From Promethearchaeota archaeon (lineage in GTDB: Archaea > Asgardarchaeota > Lokiarchaeia > Sigyniarchaeales > SOKP01), in NCBI GenBank assembly GCA_029838195.1, contig JALGVJ010000001.1, positions 1 to 64,000 on the forward strand: a stretch of 64,000 bases of DNA, given 5' to 3'. Under the pieces are notes generated by a model that saw nothing but the letters and a program-made list of their open reading frames with translations, ran no database searches and was not told the origin of the DNA. This document shows positions 38,884 to 49,339 of the stretch, in pieces. Made by a program: the position numbers and the translations under genes. Every line of letters starts with the position of its first letter. Position 1 is the first letter of the stretch.

Positions 38884-40149
38884 TTAGGTGTTTTTAATAT
38901 CTTTTTTTAAATTAATCTTTTTTATATCGTGTAATAGTTTTGAGAGGGAATCGTCCAATTGTAATGTATTATACAAATCCATTACTACTTCTTTATTGAA
39001 CTCTTGATTTTTTGGTTTTAAATCGCAATATTCTACTTGTAATAAATTATTTGAAATTTTTATTATCATATCTCGCAAATCGTCCTCATTATAGCCAATA
39101 TTAGGAGTAAATATGGGTAATGAATTAAAATTATAATTTAAAGCGAGAGAATTTAAATCGATAATGTTAGAACAATAACCATGGTTAGTAAATGTTAGTC
39201 CATCCGAAATAGCTTTCATCTCTTTCGGATAAGACGGTTCAACCTCTCCCAAGATTTTAGCAAGAGCATGGAATCTTAATAATCTGCAAGTGGCGCATGT
39301 ATATTTTGTAAATTGGAGGTTATCATGGATCTTTTTGAGGAGTTCCAATAAATCAACCTTGACTAAAAAAAATTTAAGAAAAGGCAAGTATTTCAGGAGC
39401 TCTTTCCAATTTTTCATGCGAGCTTGCCAAATTGCTTCCTTTTTAGTCAAGCAAAATAATACGGGATGTATTAAACAACCTCGTTTCATCATGAGAAATC
39501 CTGCTAATAAATCTTCAAGCCTTCCTACATCCATTACCATTATTTTTTTATGAGTTTCGATGGGTAAGCCTTTCCAATTACTTTCAATGATGTCAGTAAA
39601 GATATAAGAAAATTGATTTCGAATTTCAACGTGAATGGTTTTTTTGGGATTAGTTAGATTCACGCTTAAATTTTTTTGAACGGCAAATTCATCCATTATG
39701 GCTTTCCCTAAGATGTTTGCGACATCTTGCGAAGTATACTCTTGTTTACCCGCTCTTTTTACTCGAATCGCAAATGAATCGTTGGGCTCTAACACGTGTT
39801 TAGCTATTTCCAAGCATTTTGATGTAATATGGCCGAGATTATTAGATGTTCGCAAGGCGGGACTCATGGTTTGAATTCCGAAAACATTTTTTAAAACCTC
39901 AATAGCTGCCGATAAATGTTCATTTTTAAAAAAGAAAAAAATGCGGGCAGAATCGTCACTCAGCTGATATTTAGTAAAAGGAATGTTCGCATTATTTAGC
40001 ATGGATCTAATGTTTTTTATCAAAACTTTTAGCATTTTGATTTTTACTCTTTGCGATTTTAGCCAGATCTCCGAATTATAATCAATTTTTAGCACGTTAT
40101 AAAATCTTAATAACTCCATTTTTTCACTCGAAATAAAAATTCTGTTCAA
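38884..40149 (-). CDS. ThiI-like THUMP protein with degenerate PP-loop
   Basis: SEIWLKS, VFGI, SFAIRVKRAGK, VNLTNP, GLPI and MMKRG are ThiI-like, but SGGxDS is absent. Confidence 0.8.
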   Translation of the reverse strand: MNRIFISSEKMELLRFYNVLKIDYNSEIWLKSQRVKIKMLKVLIKNIRSMLNNANIPFTKYQLSDDSARIFFFFKNEHLSAAIEVLKNVFGIQTMSPALRTSNNLGHITSKCLEIAKHVLEPNDSFAIRVKRAGKQEYTSQDVANILGKAIMDEFAVQKNLSVNLTNPKKTIHVEIRNQFSYIFTDIIESNWKGLPIETHKKIMVMDVGRLEDLLAGFLMMKRGCLIHPVLFCLTKKEAIWQARMKNWKELLKYLPFLKFFLVKVDLLELLKKIHDNLQFTKYTCATCRLLRFHALAKILGEVEPSYPKEMKAISDGLTFTNHGYCSNIIDLNSLALNYNFNSLPIFTPNIGYNEDDLRDMIIKISNNLLQVEYCDLKPKNQEFNKEVVMDLYNTLQLDDSLSKLLHDIKKINLKKDIKNT

Positions 40150-40155
40150 ATAATT

Positions 40156-41754
40156 TCAATTCAGACCTTCTTCATGAGATAGATTTAAATGATATTTACC
40201 AATTATATTTATCCTTTTTGATTTTAAGTCATGATCTTTAATAATAACCAAGCCTTCTTCATGAATATCAATCTCTGTTATGACTTCATTGAAATGTTCG
40301 CCTTTTAAATTTCCTCCATTCGAAAAAATCGTATTTTCTATTTTAAGATTAAAGGAGATACTTGGAGAGCTATTCAAAACGAGATTAATGGGAGAATGAG
40401 CGAATTGAGATAACGCATCTCCTGAATCTATTAATTCCGTACGCCATACTGAAAGCGGAGTGGGAATTAGATCATGAAAACAACACACGCCAACAAATTT
40501 TTCTGAATTTAAATGTAAGACCCTATCAATTACTTGATGGAGGCGTTTCCTTCCAATGAATCCGAGTTTTGAATCACTCGTAGTAGAGTTAATTCCTTGA
40601 AAATACATGGTATCCGTTTCAAATAATGGATTTAATGATCCAATATATTCTTGCCAATGTTCCCATGAAAGTGGTTTTGAATCCAAATAACCCGGAACTA
40701 CGATAAATGGCACTTTTAAAGCATCTAATTTTTTTCTAGCAAGTTGAAATTCTTTTTCAAGGCTGTTCTTGGTGAGATTACCCGCATGAATAACTAAATC
40801 AACCTCCTCTAATTTATTTATTGTCTCTATGGCCTTATCCAGAGATGTTTTTCTTTCTTTTTCCGTTGAGATCATGGAGTTAGAAATCTGTATGAACCTA
40901 AATTTTGGTTTTTCATTTGAAGAAATATGATTTAAATCATAATAATTCACCTGTCTAAGAATTTCCTTTTTATTCGTTGGCTCTAAAATGGGTAATATCC
41001 GGAATCTCAATTTATTTCCTTCCATATCAATAATACAATAAGTAAAAAGTTCTCTGTAGCGTGTTTTATAACAAGAAAATGTTCCAACATTAAAGATGTA
41101 AAGATCTTTAATTGAGCTACTAGTAGTATATAAATTTGACACGTGTCGATGTCCATTAATGACTAAATCCGAATTTGTATCAATTAACATTTGTATCATG
41201 TTTCCTGAATCATCTATAGCACTTCTTTCCTTTCCCGTAAAAGGAATGGGAATTAGTTGATGATGAAAACACGTGATTTTTATTTTATCTTCAATCTCCG
41301 GTTGTACCAAAAGATTTTTTACTGTAGCAATCGTATCATGATGAATGATTCCACTAGGTAAGTCTGGTTTCGTGCTATCAATCCCAATGATATAGAAAGT
41401 TTCATCCTCATGTTCAAAATGCCTATCCCCTATCATCTCTTCAAAGAGTAAATAGCCGACGTTAAGCGCATCATGATTTCCAATGATGAATTTTATGGGA
41501 GCGCCTGAAATCGGATTAAATTTTTTCATTTGTTCTAAGGCGAATTCATAATCCAAGAGAGTTCCGGACATGGTTAAATCTCCTAAATGAAGATATAAAG
41601 AGACATTTTTTATTTTATTGATTTTTTCCATTCCTAAATTAAATACGTGGAGATTAAAATCAGGACCAGAGCGAGTAATGTGGGTATCTGAAATTAGAAC
41701 CAGTCTTTTTGGCTTAGTTATTTTTTTATTGTTTTTTATAACTTTATCAATCAT
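40156..41754 (-). CDS. tandem calcineurin-like metallophosphoesterase
   Basis: Domain 1: SDTH, GDLT, GNHD, HH, GHRH. Domain 2 is degenerate: SNS, GNLT, GYLD. Confidence 0.85.
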   Translation of the reverse strand: MIDKVIKNNKKITKPKRLVLISDTHITRSGPDFNLHVFNLGMEKINKIKNVSLYLHLGDLTMSGTLLDYEFALEQMKKFNPISGAPIKFIIGNHDALNVGYLLFEEMIGDRHFEHEDETFYIIGIDSTKPDLPSGIIHHDTIATVKNLLVQPEIEDKIKITCFHHQLIPIPFTGKERSAIDDSGNMIQMLIDTNSDLVINGHRHVSNLYTTSSSIKDLYIFNVGTFSCYKTRYRELFTYCIIDMEGNKLRFRILPILEPTNKKEILRQVNYYDLNHISSNEKPKFRFIQISNSMISTEKERKTSLDKAIETINKLEEVDLVIHAGNLTKNSLEKEFQLARKKLDALKVPFIVVPGYLDSKPLSWEHWQEYIGSLNPLFETDTMYFQGINSTTSDSKLGFIGRKRLHQVIDRVLHLNSEKFVGVCCFHDLIPTPLSVWRTELIDSGDALSQFAHSPINLVLNSSPSISFNLKIENTIFSNGGNLKGEHFNEVITEIDIHEEGLVIIKDHDLKSKRINIIGKYHLNLSHEEGLN

Positions 41755-42464
41755 GATACCTCATTATTCGAATCAGATTTTAATATTGCTGGATTATCGT
41801 GATAAATTAGACCCTTTTCTAAAATTTGATCGCGCAAGGTAAAGGAATGACCCGAAAGTTTTACCCCCTCTTGTATGACCGTGCCAGGCATTATAATACA
41901 TTTGGCTCCAATTAAAACATTATTTTCAATGCGAATTCTTTTTAAAATTAACACGTCAGGTTCTATCGCATGGCTAATAATAACAGTTCCTGCCCCAATA
42001 ATTACATTATTACCAATTGACACGAATTCTGAAGAGATCCAGCAATTATCACATAAGCATTGCTTTCCGATAGAAGTTCCAAAAAATCGTAGAGTAAACC
42101 TATTTTTACACCATGGAAAGGGATTGGATGCCATGACAAGCAAGGGCCATTTTTTTATTAAATTTCTTAAATTCCAAAAATAATAATCGGCATTCGAAAG
42201 ATTCCTTACAAAAATTCCTTCTCTAGGAACGTGGATTAGATTAATCAAATTTAACATGAGATATGAACAAAAAGTCGAACTAAATTGAAGAATGTACATC
42301 CCGACGAAAAAATTGAAAGGCAAAAAAAGGAAAAATAAGGCAAGATATTGGGAATTCCAGAAGTAGTAATAATAAAATAATTCAAAAATCGATAAAGGAA
42401 TAAAACTAATAAGGATCTCAAATAAATATAACCCAAAAAATCTTTTTCTTAAAAATTCATCCAC
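41751..42464 (-). CDS. membrane-anchored hexapeptide-repeat (LbH) acyltransferase-like protein
   Basis: Two N-terminal TMs; IGNNVIIGAG, IENNVLIGAK repeats. Confidence 0.8.
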   Translation of the reverse strand: MDEFLRKRFFGLYLFEILISFIPLSIFELFYYYYFWNSQYLALFFLFLPFNFFVGMYILQFSSTFCSYLMLNLINLIHVPREGIFVRNLSNADYYFWNLRNLIKKWPLLVMASNPFPWCKNRFTLRFFGTSIGKQCLCDNCWISSEFVSIGNNVIIGAGTVIISHAIEPDVLILKRIRIENNVLIGAKCIIMPGTVIQEGVKLSGHSFTLRDQILEKGLIYHDNPAILKSDSNNEVS

Positions 42465-42552
42465 CGGAGTGAGAGAAGCTCCTTTTAAACTAGCCGGTTG
42501 AAAAATTAATCATGCCACCTTTGATACATTTATTTTTTTTAATTGTTGATTG

Positions 42553-43401
42553 TTATGGTAATGGTTTATCTCCTCGGACTCGAGAAAGTTTTTCTTTAGA
42601 TTGCTCCACTGTTTGAATGGGAAAAGATTTTTTAACGGGAGTACCCACGTGAATCAAATTCCCTTTCAATCGTTGTCCTATCCATGTATAACTATTAGCT
42701 CCTAAGATTGCCTCATTTTCCATTATTGTTCCGGGAGATATGATACTCTGAGGTCCCACTATGCAGTATTTTCCTATTTTTACTTTACGAATAAGAACTT
42801 TATCGTGATAAATTAAATGAGAAAATATAAACGTGTTTAAAGAAGTCATGGTGAAATCTCCTATTTCCACGTATAACGGGTCGATGTATCCTTCATATAT
42901 AACTACTTTTTTACCAATGCGAGCTCCCAATAAATTATAACAAACAATATCTACCCATGGTAAGGGTAAGGCACGGGCAAGCCAAATGGGAAAATATGCC
43001 GTCCAAAACCTTCTATGCATGTACTTCCAATCTTTACTCCCCCTGAAAAAAACTCCTTCTCTAGGGGGATGGAAATAGTTCAATAGCCGGAAAATACCCG
43101 CTGAAAATAAGGACACTACAATAAAAAATAGGAATAAATTACCATAGATATTTAAGGGGAGAAGAAACCATTCGTACCATAATGCTTGGGAAGAAAAAGG
43201 ATAAATGGAAATCCCCGTTAATAAGAAATAAAGATGTCCAAGAAACCAAGCATTCACGATATATAAAACTAAACCTCCAACAAATAATTGAACTAAAATG
43301 ATTAAAGAAAAAGGTGTATTATATACTCCGGATGTAGAAATATATTTAATATTATCTTCTGTTTCTTCTAATTCTCCATTCATTTTCGATTCCTTAAACA
43401 T
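42553..43401 (-). CDS. membrane-anchored LbH acyltransferase-like protein (paralogue)
   Basis: TMs; PPREGVF; LLGARIGKKV; IGKYCIVGPQ. Confidence 0.8.
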   Translation of the reverse strand: MFKESKMNGELEETEDNIKYISTSGVYNTPFSLIILVQLFVGGLVLYIVNAWFLGHLYFLLTGISIYPFSSQALWYEWFLLPLNIYGNLFLFFIVVSLFSAGIFRLLNYFHPPREGVFFRGSKDWKYMHRRFWTAYFPIWLARALPLPWVDIVCYNLLGARIGKKVVIYEGYIDPLYVEIGDFTMTSLNTFIFSHLIYHDKVLIRKVKIGKYCIVGPQSIISPGTIMENEAILGANSYTWIGQRLKGNLIHVGTPVKKSFPIQTVEQSKEKLSRVRGDKPLP

Positions 43402-43525
43402 GGATCATTCCTCTATGATAAAATCATCACTAGCTTAAATATTTAAATTTCAAATTATATATTATTATAAATAAATCACCCTTCATGTTAATAATATATC
43501 AAAATTAAAAATTTTTAATGAGATC

Positions 43526-44515
43526 ATGCCCGGAATCGAATGGGAGAAAGCAGAAGAAAGACCTGATAAAGCTCTTAAAGTAGAAGGACGCTTTCTCTTA
43601 GATCTAAGAGCTAAAGTAAATGACCTTGAAAAACAGCTCACCGAAACACGAAATAAATTAGCAGAAACTCAAAAAGATTTTGATACTACTACAAATAAAC
43701 TTGTCGAACTCTCGGGAAAACTCGACGATACAAACGCAGAACTGGAAAAAACTAGACAAAACCTGCGTGAAACCATCCAAGCAAAAGATCAACAAATTAA
43801 TGAGCTTACTCAACAAAATCAAGCCCTTAAAGGTGAAAAAGAATCGCTCACGGCAGAATTAAACACCCTTAAAGGTGAAAAAGAATCGCTCACGGCAGAA
43901 TTAAACGCCCTTAAAGGTGAAAAAGAATCGCTCACGGCAGAATTAAACGCCCTTAAAGGTGAAAAAGAAAAACTTCTAGCAGATATGGAAAAAATAAATT
44001 CTGAAAAAAATGCCCTTGAATCAGAGATTGAAAATTTAAAGAAGAATCAAGAAGCCCTCTTGGCTTCAAAAGACCAAGAACTTGCCTCTAAGGAACAAGA
44101 ACTTGCCAATTCTAACGAAAAAATCACTAATTTAGCAGCAGAAATAGATTCTTTAAAAGCACAACTTTCTGAATATAGTTCTCAGTTAGGAACGGCTTCG
44201 AGTTTGCAAGCACAATATGATGAACTAAAAACTAAATATGAAGAACTTGAAGCCATTCTCAAACAAAAAGATGAGGAATTAAAACAAAAAGATTTAAAAA
44301 TAAACGAGCTTAGAGCAGAATTAGATGAAATTAAAATGCCGGAAATAAGTCCGGCTACAATCTCAGCAGAAGAACGATTAACTTGTCCCATGTGTGGAGC
44401 AGTAGGTCATGATATTAAAAGCGTGGAAGATAAGACAAAAATCTTGAGTTATGTTGGTCATATTCCCATGTATGCTAAAAAGCACGTGTGTAAGAAATGC
44501 GGCTACGAATTCTGA
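43526..44515 (+). CDS. long coiled-coil protein with C-terminal Zn ribbon
   Basis: About 240 aa of heptads; CPMCG...CKKCGYEF. Confidence 0.85.
   Translation: MPGIEWEKAEERPDKALKVEGRFLLDLRAKVNDLEKQLTETRNKLAETQKDFDTTTNKLVELSGKLDDTNAELEKTRQNLRETIQAKDQQINELTQQNQALKGEKESLTAELNTLKGEKESLTAELNALKGEKESLTAELNALKGEKEKLLADMEKINSEKNALESEIENLKKNQEALLASKDQELASKEQELANSNEKITNLAAEIDSLKAQLSEYSSQLGTASSLQAQYDELKTKYEELEAILKQKDEELKQKDLKINELRAELDEIKMPEISPATISAEERLTCPMCGAVGHDIKSVEDKTKILSYVGHIPMYAKKHVCKKCGYEF
43823..43969 (+). repeat. 42-bp coding tandem repeat, 3.5 copies
   Basis: Unit GCCCTTAAAGGTGAAAAAGAATCGCTCACGGCAGAATTAAAC (ALKGEKESLTAELN), with one substitution among the copies. Confidence 0.95.
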
Positions 44516-44785
44516 ATCGTTTTATTTAAAACATGCTATTTAAAAACAAGTTGCCTTCTATTTCTTCTTATTATTTATCTTAATTTTTTTCTCAATGTCC
44601 CATTATCAGCATGAAAGCTTAATTAAAGAAAAAAATTAAACATGACTTTAATACCTTCGTTTCACGGATAAAAAAATAATTAATGGATAAAATTCCATTT
44701 AAAATATACTTGAAATTATTTAAGAATATTTATTATGTCTTAACGCTTCTTTAAAATATATCTAAAATAATCTCTGAATTTTAAG

Positions 44786-46225
44786 ATGAATTTGGAAAAG
44801 CTATTTAAACCCTCTTCTATGGCAGTTGTTGGCGTCTCTAAGAGTAATCCCCTTAGCCCCGGCAGAATAATTTTAGTTAAAAATCAGTTTGAAATGAACG
44901 TGAAAGTACATGGAATCCATCCTAAAGGAGGTGAAATTGAGGGGATTCCCTTATATGAGAAGCTAGATGAGTTGCCAGAAATTCCCGATTTGTTAGTAAT
45001 TGCCGTTAGCGCCGAAGATACCTTAGAATACATTCAACAATGCGCTGATTTAAAAATTCCCGCTGCAATAATTATTGGGGGTGGATTTGCTGAAATCGGC
45101 GGTGAGGGAATGAAGAGACAAGAAAAACTCGAAAAATTAGCTTTCGATAACGATATTGCTGTATTAGGACCTAATTGCATTGGAGTATACGCTCCTCCCT
45201 TGGTGGATACCATTTTTCTCCCTACAGAACGCATTACACGCCCCCCAAAGGGAAGCGTCGCCCTCATAAGTCAATCAGGTGGGGTTCTCATTGACCAATT
45301 TTTTGTAAAATTTAAAGAGAGAAATATCGGCGTATCCACAGCTGTATCGATAGGAAATCGGGCAGTAGTGGATGAGACCATGTTATTAGAATATTTTAGC
45401 AAAGTGGATAAAGAAACGAGCAATATTGCTTTTTACTTGGAAGGTTTTAAAGATAAAAGGGCAAGAGATTTCCTAAAAGCTGCAAAAGAATCTGAAGATA
45501 CGGTGATTGCTTTTTTCGGCGGAATTACCGAACAAGGCCGAATTGCTACGCAATCTCATACAGCAAGTTTGGCAGGAAATTCGAAGATACTATTCGGAGC
45601 CTTAAAACAATATCATGTGATTCATCCACACTCAGAACGCGAACTGCTAACATATTTAAAAGTATATGATGTATTATCTCAGAAGAAACAACCTTTTGGA
45701 CAAAAACGAATTGTATACGGAAATGTTGCCATTCTTAGTGTTTCAGGCGGTCATGGTGTAATCTGTTCGGACATGCTTCAAAAATATGGTTTGACACCTG
45801 TACGATTTACAGAAGAAGAAAAAAAACAAATGCATGACATTTTAAATCCAGTGGCTCGAGAAATCGCCTCATTTAACAATCCCATCGATTTAACGGGGTC
45901 CGTATTGGATAGAGATATTGAAAACATGATTAGTTTTTTATCTGATATTGAACGAATAGAATGCATTATATTATTACTCTTGCCTTACCCACCCAATATT
46001 TCATTTCAAATTGGAAGAAGAATTGCAAATGTCGTAGTTAGTAAGAAAAAACCCATTATTGCATTTTTGCCCTACGTAGAAAAATACTCGCTTATTATTG
46101 AGTCTTTAGAGCTTAGCAATATTCCGGTCTTTCATGAAATTAAGGAGGCAGTCCAGGCTGTGGCAGCTCTGAAATTAAGAACCAGAATTTATAATTTAAA
46201 GAAAAATAATATTTTTTGGGAATGA
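44786..46225 (+). CDS. acdA: ADP-forming acyl-CoA synthetase alpha subunit
   Basis: LFKPSSMAVVG, GGFAE, GPNCIG, SQSGG, SHTASLAG (phospho-His) and NPIDLTG. Confidence 0.9.
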   Translation: MNLEKLFKPSSMAVVGVSKSNPLSPGRIILVKNQFEMNVKVHGIHPKGGEIEGIPLYEKLDELPEIPDLLVIAVSAEDTLEYIQQCADLKIPAAIIIGGGFAEIGGEGMKRQEKLEKLAFDNDIAVLGPNCIGVYAPPLVDTIFLPTERITRPPKGSVALISQSGGVLIDQFFVKFKERNIGVSTAVSIGNRAVVDETMLLEYFSKVDKETSNIAFYLEGFKDKRARDFLKAAKESEDTVIAFFGGITEQGRIATQSHTASLAGNSKILFGALKQYHVIHPHSERELLTYLKVYDVLSQKKQPFGQKRIVYGNVAILSVSGGHGVICSDMLQKYGLTPVRFTEEEKKQMHDILNPVAREIASFNNPIDLTGSVLDRDIENMISFLSDIERIECIILLLLPYPPNISFQIGRRIANVVVSKKKPIIAFLPYVEKYSLIIESLELSNIPVFHEIKEAVQAVAALKLRTRIYNLKKNNIFWE

Positions 46226-46339
46226 CGAGATAAATTTCACTCATTCTTTTAAAATGAAATCGTTAACTATTCGGAAATATATAAAGAACGATTAACGTGG
46301 GTTAAAAATAATTAAACATGAATTTCATTGAAATGAATC

Positions 46340-46598
46340 AAATACAATTAATTTTAAAATAGTTTTAAAAATGCCTTCATTAGTTTAAACACATGTACTT
46401 AAATTAATAATACGAATGAATAAAATAACAAATGATGAATAAAATATGAATTTCGCCCACTTAAATGAATATATGTATAATTTCATTGAGGAAGTTTGTA
46501 ATAAGATTGGTCCAAGAGAATCAGGCTCTGAGTCAGAGAAGCTGACTGGAGATAAAATAGAATCTGAATTAAAAAATTACTGTGATGAAACTTAGCAA
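46340..46598 (+). repeat. ~260-bp direct repeat, copy 1 (upstream region plus truncated 5' end of the M28 gene)
   Basis: Near-identical to 49919-50178. ATG 46446 encodes MNFAHLNE...CDET and stops at TAG 46593 where the intact copy has TGG. Confidence 0.93.
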
Positions 46599-47030
46599 TC
46601 ATCGGCGGTATAAGAAAGCACGCATCTTGGTTTTCCTTCGAGAAAAAAAGAAATTTCATGATAAAAAGAAGGTGGCTCTCTATGGAAGAATATTCAGCAC
46701 TCACCAGAAGGCATCGAGAGATTTAAATCGACAACTTGCCCTTCACACGGGATATTTTATGAGAAAAGGATATCACCTCTACAAGGCGTATTCAGACGTG
46801 GGCTCCAGGCTCAATGGCAAGTGGAAATCGCTGTTAAAATTACTACAAGATGCTACAGTTGGGAAATTTGACGTCGTGCTGGCGAGTCACAAGGACTGCC
46901 TGTCTCACTTCGGTTACAACTCGTTGAAGCTTTCTTGAGTAGCTGGAGCGTGTCTCTTGAAGCAATGTATCCTCATGTCGTGGAAGATACCACTCATGGA
47001 GAACTCATTACCAATTATAAAAAATTATAA
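46599..47030 (+). pseudogene. IS607 TnpA serine recombinase remnant
   Basis: ALYGRIFST (from YARVSS), DLNRQ, SDVGS, KDCLSHFG (from KDRLxRFG); frameshift into VEAFLSSWSVSLE...ELI. Confidence 0.8.
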
Positions 47031-47062
47031 GGTGGCGATGGGATAAGCCCTAGATTTTGGTA

Positions 47063-47452
47063 CTCTAACTATAAATTTGGACAAAATGTCCCATCATCCC
47101 GTCGTTAGAGGAAACGGGCGTTGATCCGAAGATCAATCTTTTTTTTTCCTTGCCATCTCGTTCCCATGTTTATTTTCATCCCGAATTGGGATTCCTTTTC
47201 CTCATTTGAGGGAAATACTCATGTTTTCTTTCCCTTACATTTCTTTTCTAATACTTCATGAAAGCTTTTTTCCCTATCCTCACCTCGAGAGCTTATCAGA
47301 AATGGTTTCCTCTTTTTGTTTTAAGGAAGGATAAAGGAAGCTTTCTATATAAATATCATGGGCCAATGCATTTTTTAAATTTATCAGGGGGGATTGATAA
47401 TAATTTTTAAAAAGTCCAAGGATGTCCAATTTTTTGCTAACTTGTAACGACT
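47063..47452 (-). mobile_element. non-autonomous IS607-derived element (copy 2), apparently non-coding interior
   Basis: Same termini as 28854-29235 and similar length (390 vs 382 bp), but an unrelated interior. Confidence 0.72.
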
Positions 47453-47503
47453 GTATAATAAATATAAAACAATTTTAGAGTAATTTTTCTTATTTCCTCC
47501 TCT

Positions 47504-49135
47504 TTATATGAATTGGTAAACCGTTCCGCAAACATTTCCATCTGAAAAACTCTTAATTATTTTTAAATTAAAATTTTGTTTTATTTCTCTTAAATCTATA
47601 TAATTATCTGACACATAGTTTTTTATAAACCAAATTAAATAAACTTTCGGTTCATTTTCAATTGTTTCTTTAAATTCCGAAATATCTTCATCTTTATAGG
47701 GTAAGTTATAAGGTATAATAGTGGTACAAGTATATATCAAGTGAGGATCATTTGAATAAATTTTCCCATCCCATTCTTTATTTTGAACATATTTAATGAT
47801 TTCTGATTCCTTAAAATAATAATAGGTATATCCTCCTGCTCCTTTCTGCATTTCTCTGATGAGACTTTCATAATTATGGAAAAAAGGATGGATAAGAAGA
47901 ATTGATATCATGAAAATAATAATAATTTTTTCGAAAAGGAGAGGGATGCGATTATGTTTTAGAGCTTTAGGAAAAAAATTAAATCTTCTTGATAAAAATA
48001 CAAGTAAGGATTTGATTAGATAAATAAAATTTTTTAGAATAATTAAAATAATAGCAATAACATATAAATAGAGGGGTGATACTATTCTATTATTCATTAT
48101 ATCAAATCTGAATTGAAGTGCGGTATAGAACAAAAGAGAAGTATAACTTATCATCATTAATCCAATATGATAAAACTTAATTAAATAGATTTTATTTTCC
48201 CTATTTCTTTGAAAATCTAAAAATATTAAATAAGATCCTAAAATTCCAATTAAAATGAATCCACCTATTAAAAAAACTAATTTTATAACGTCCGGTAATA
48301 ATGACTTGACAAAAGGAATAATGTCTGGTGAAATGAGCCACGTAGCGACCGTATTAATAAATTGATATACATTTGATAAGAAAGGCCGGGGCGGAGGTCT
48401 TGCTCCTAAAAAAGTTCCCGTTATATAGAGATTTCTTAATATCCAAATGGATAATGGGATTAAAGATATTAAACAAAAGAGAAAAATAATTTTTATACGT
48501 CGAAACACGGAATATTCTTTTTCTATGAAAAGAAATTGAAATCCAAAAACAAGAATAACAAATATGCCAATATAGCGTTGTAAATTGCACAGAGCTGAAA
48601 TTATAGAAAGAATAAGAATATATTTCCTTTTTCGTTCTTTTGGTGCTTCAATTAGTTTAAAGAAATAAATTGAAAACAACGTTAATAATAGTATGAATAA
48701 GGGCTCTGTGCATGCATATTTAGAAACAAATAAGAGCGGGATCGAAAAAAGTATAAATAATTGCCCAACAATATCCAAGATTGAATCCTTTCCGAATTCT
48801 GAAAAAATTTTACGAGATAAGAAAACTATTAATCCAAACACAATTGCATTTACGAATCGGGCTCCAATATAAGGGTCGATCCCTAAAAATCCTAAAGATG
48901 CTAATAAGAGTGGAAAAAGGGGGGGAAATTGGGGCTCAGGATCATTCAGAAAACTCTCATATTTTCCGTTAGAAACTAAATTTCTTGCGATGGAGATATA
49001 TAGAGTCCCATCAGGAGTCATTGCAGCTCCATATTTAGAAGTCTTAAGAAGAACAAGAAAAACACCTATTAACCCTAATATAGTTGAAATAAAAAGTTCA
49101 ATTTTTCTTCTTTTCTCAAGAGAATGGAATTGCAT
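47504..49135 (-). CDS. GT-C fold membrane glycosyltransferase (PMT/ArnT-like)
   Basis: TPDGTLY, FPPLFPLLLA, TEPLF and RYIG; about 11 TM. Confidence 0.75.
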   Translation of the reverse strand: MQFHSLEKRRKIELFISTILGLIGVFLVLLKTSKYGAAMTPDGTLYISIARNLVSNGKYESFLNDPEPQFPPLFPLLLASLGFLGIDPYIGARFVNAIVFGLIVFLSRKIFSEFGKDSILDIVGQLFILFSIPLLFVSKYACTEPLFILLLTLFSIYFFKLIEAPKERKRKYILILSIISALCNLQRYIGIFVILVFGFQFLFIEKEYSVFRRIKIIFLFCLISLIPLSIWILRNLYITGTFLGARPPPRPFLSNVYQFINTVATWLISPDIIPFVKSLLPDVIKLVFLIGGFILIGILGSYLIFLDFQRNRENKIYLIKFYHIGLMMISYTSLLFYTALQFRFDIMNNRIVSPLYLYVIAIILIILKNFIYLIKSLLVFLSRRFNFFPKALKHNRIPLLFEKIIIIFMISILLIHPFFHNYESLIREMQKGAGGYTYYYFKESEIIKYVQNKEWDGKIYSNDPHLIYTCTTIIPYNLPYKDEDISEFKETIENEPKVYLIWFIKNYVSDNYIDLREIKQNFNLKIIKSFSDGNVCGTVYQFI

Positions 49136-49339
49136 TTAAATCAAAAATTTTTAAATGATTAATTTTAGGACTATAAATTAAACATGATAGCTCAAATTTA
49201 AAGCTTTTTCAACCATAACGACAAGATTTGTGAAAAATTCTCCTTTCCTTCAAAAAGAATCTTCTTATACTCCTGCTTTGGATCGTTAGGGATTACTATT
49301 ATGTGAATTTGACCCTTTCTCTGTTTTATCTTTCCGAAG

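Noticed and set aside
43823-43969. CRISPR array
   Set aside because: Head-to-tail repeats with no spacers, in frame within a coiled coil. I saw no CRISPR array or cas gene in the window.
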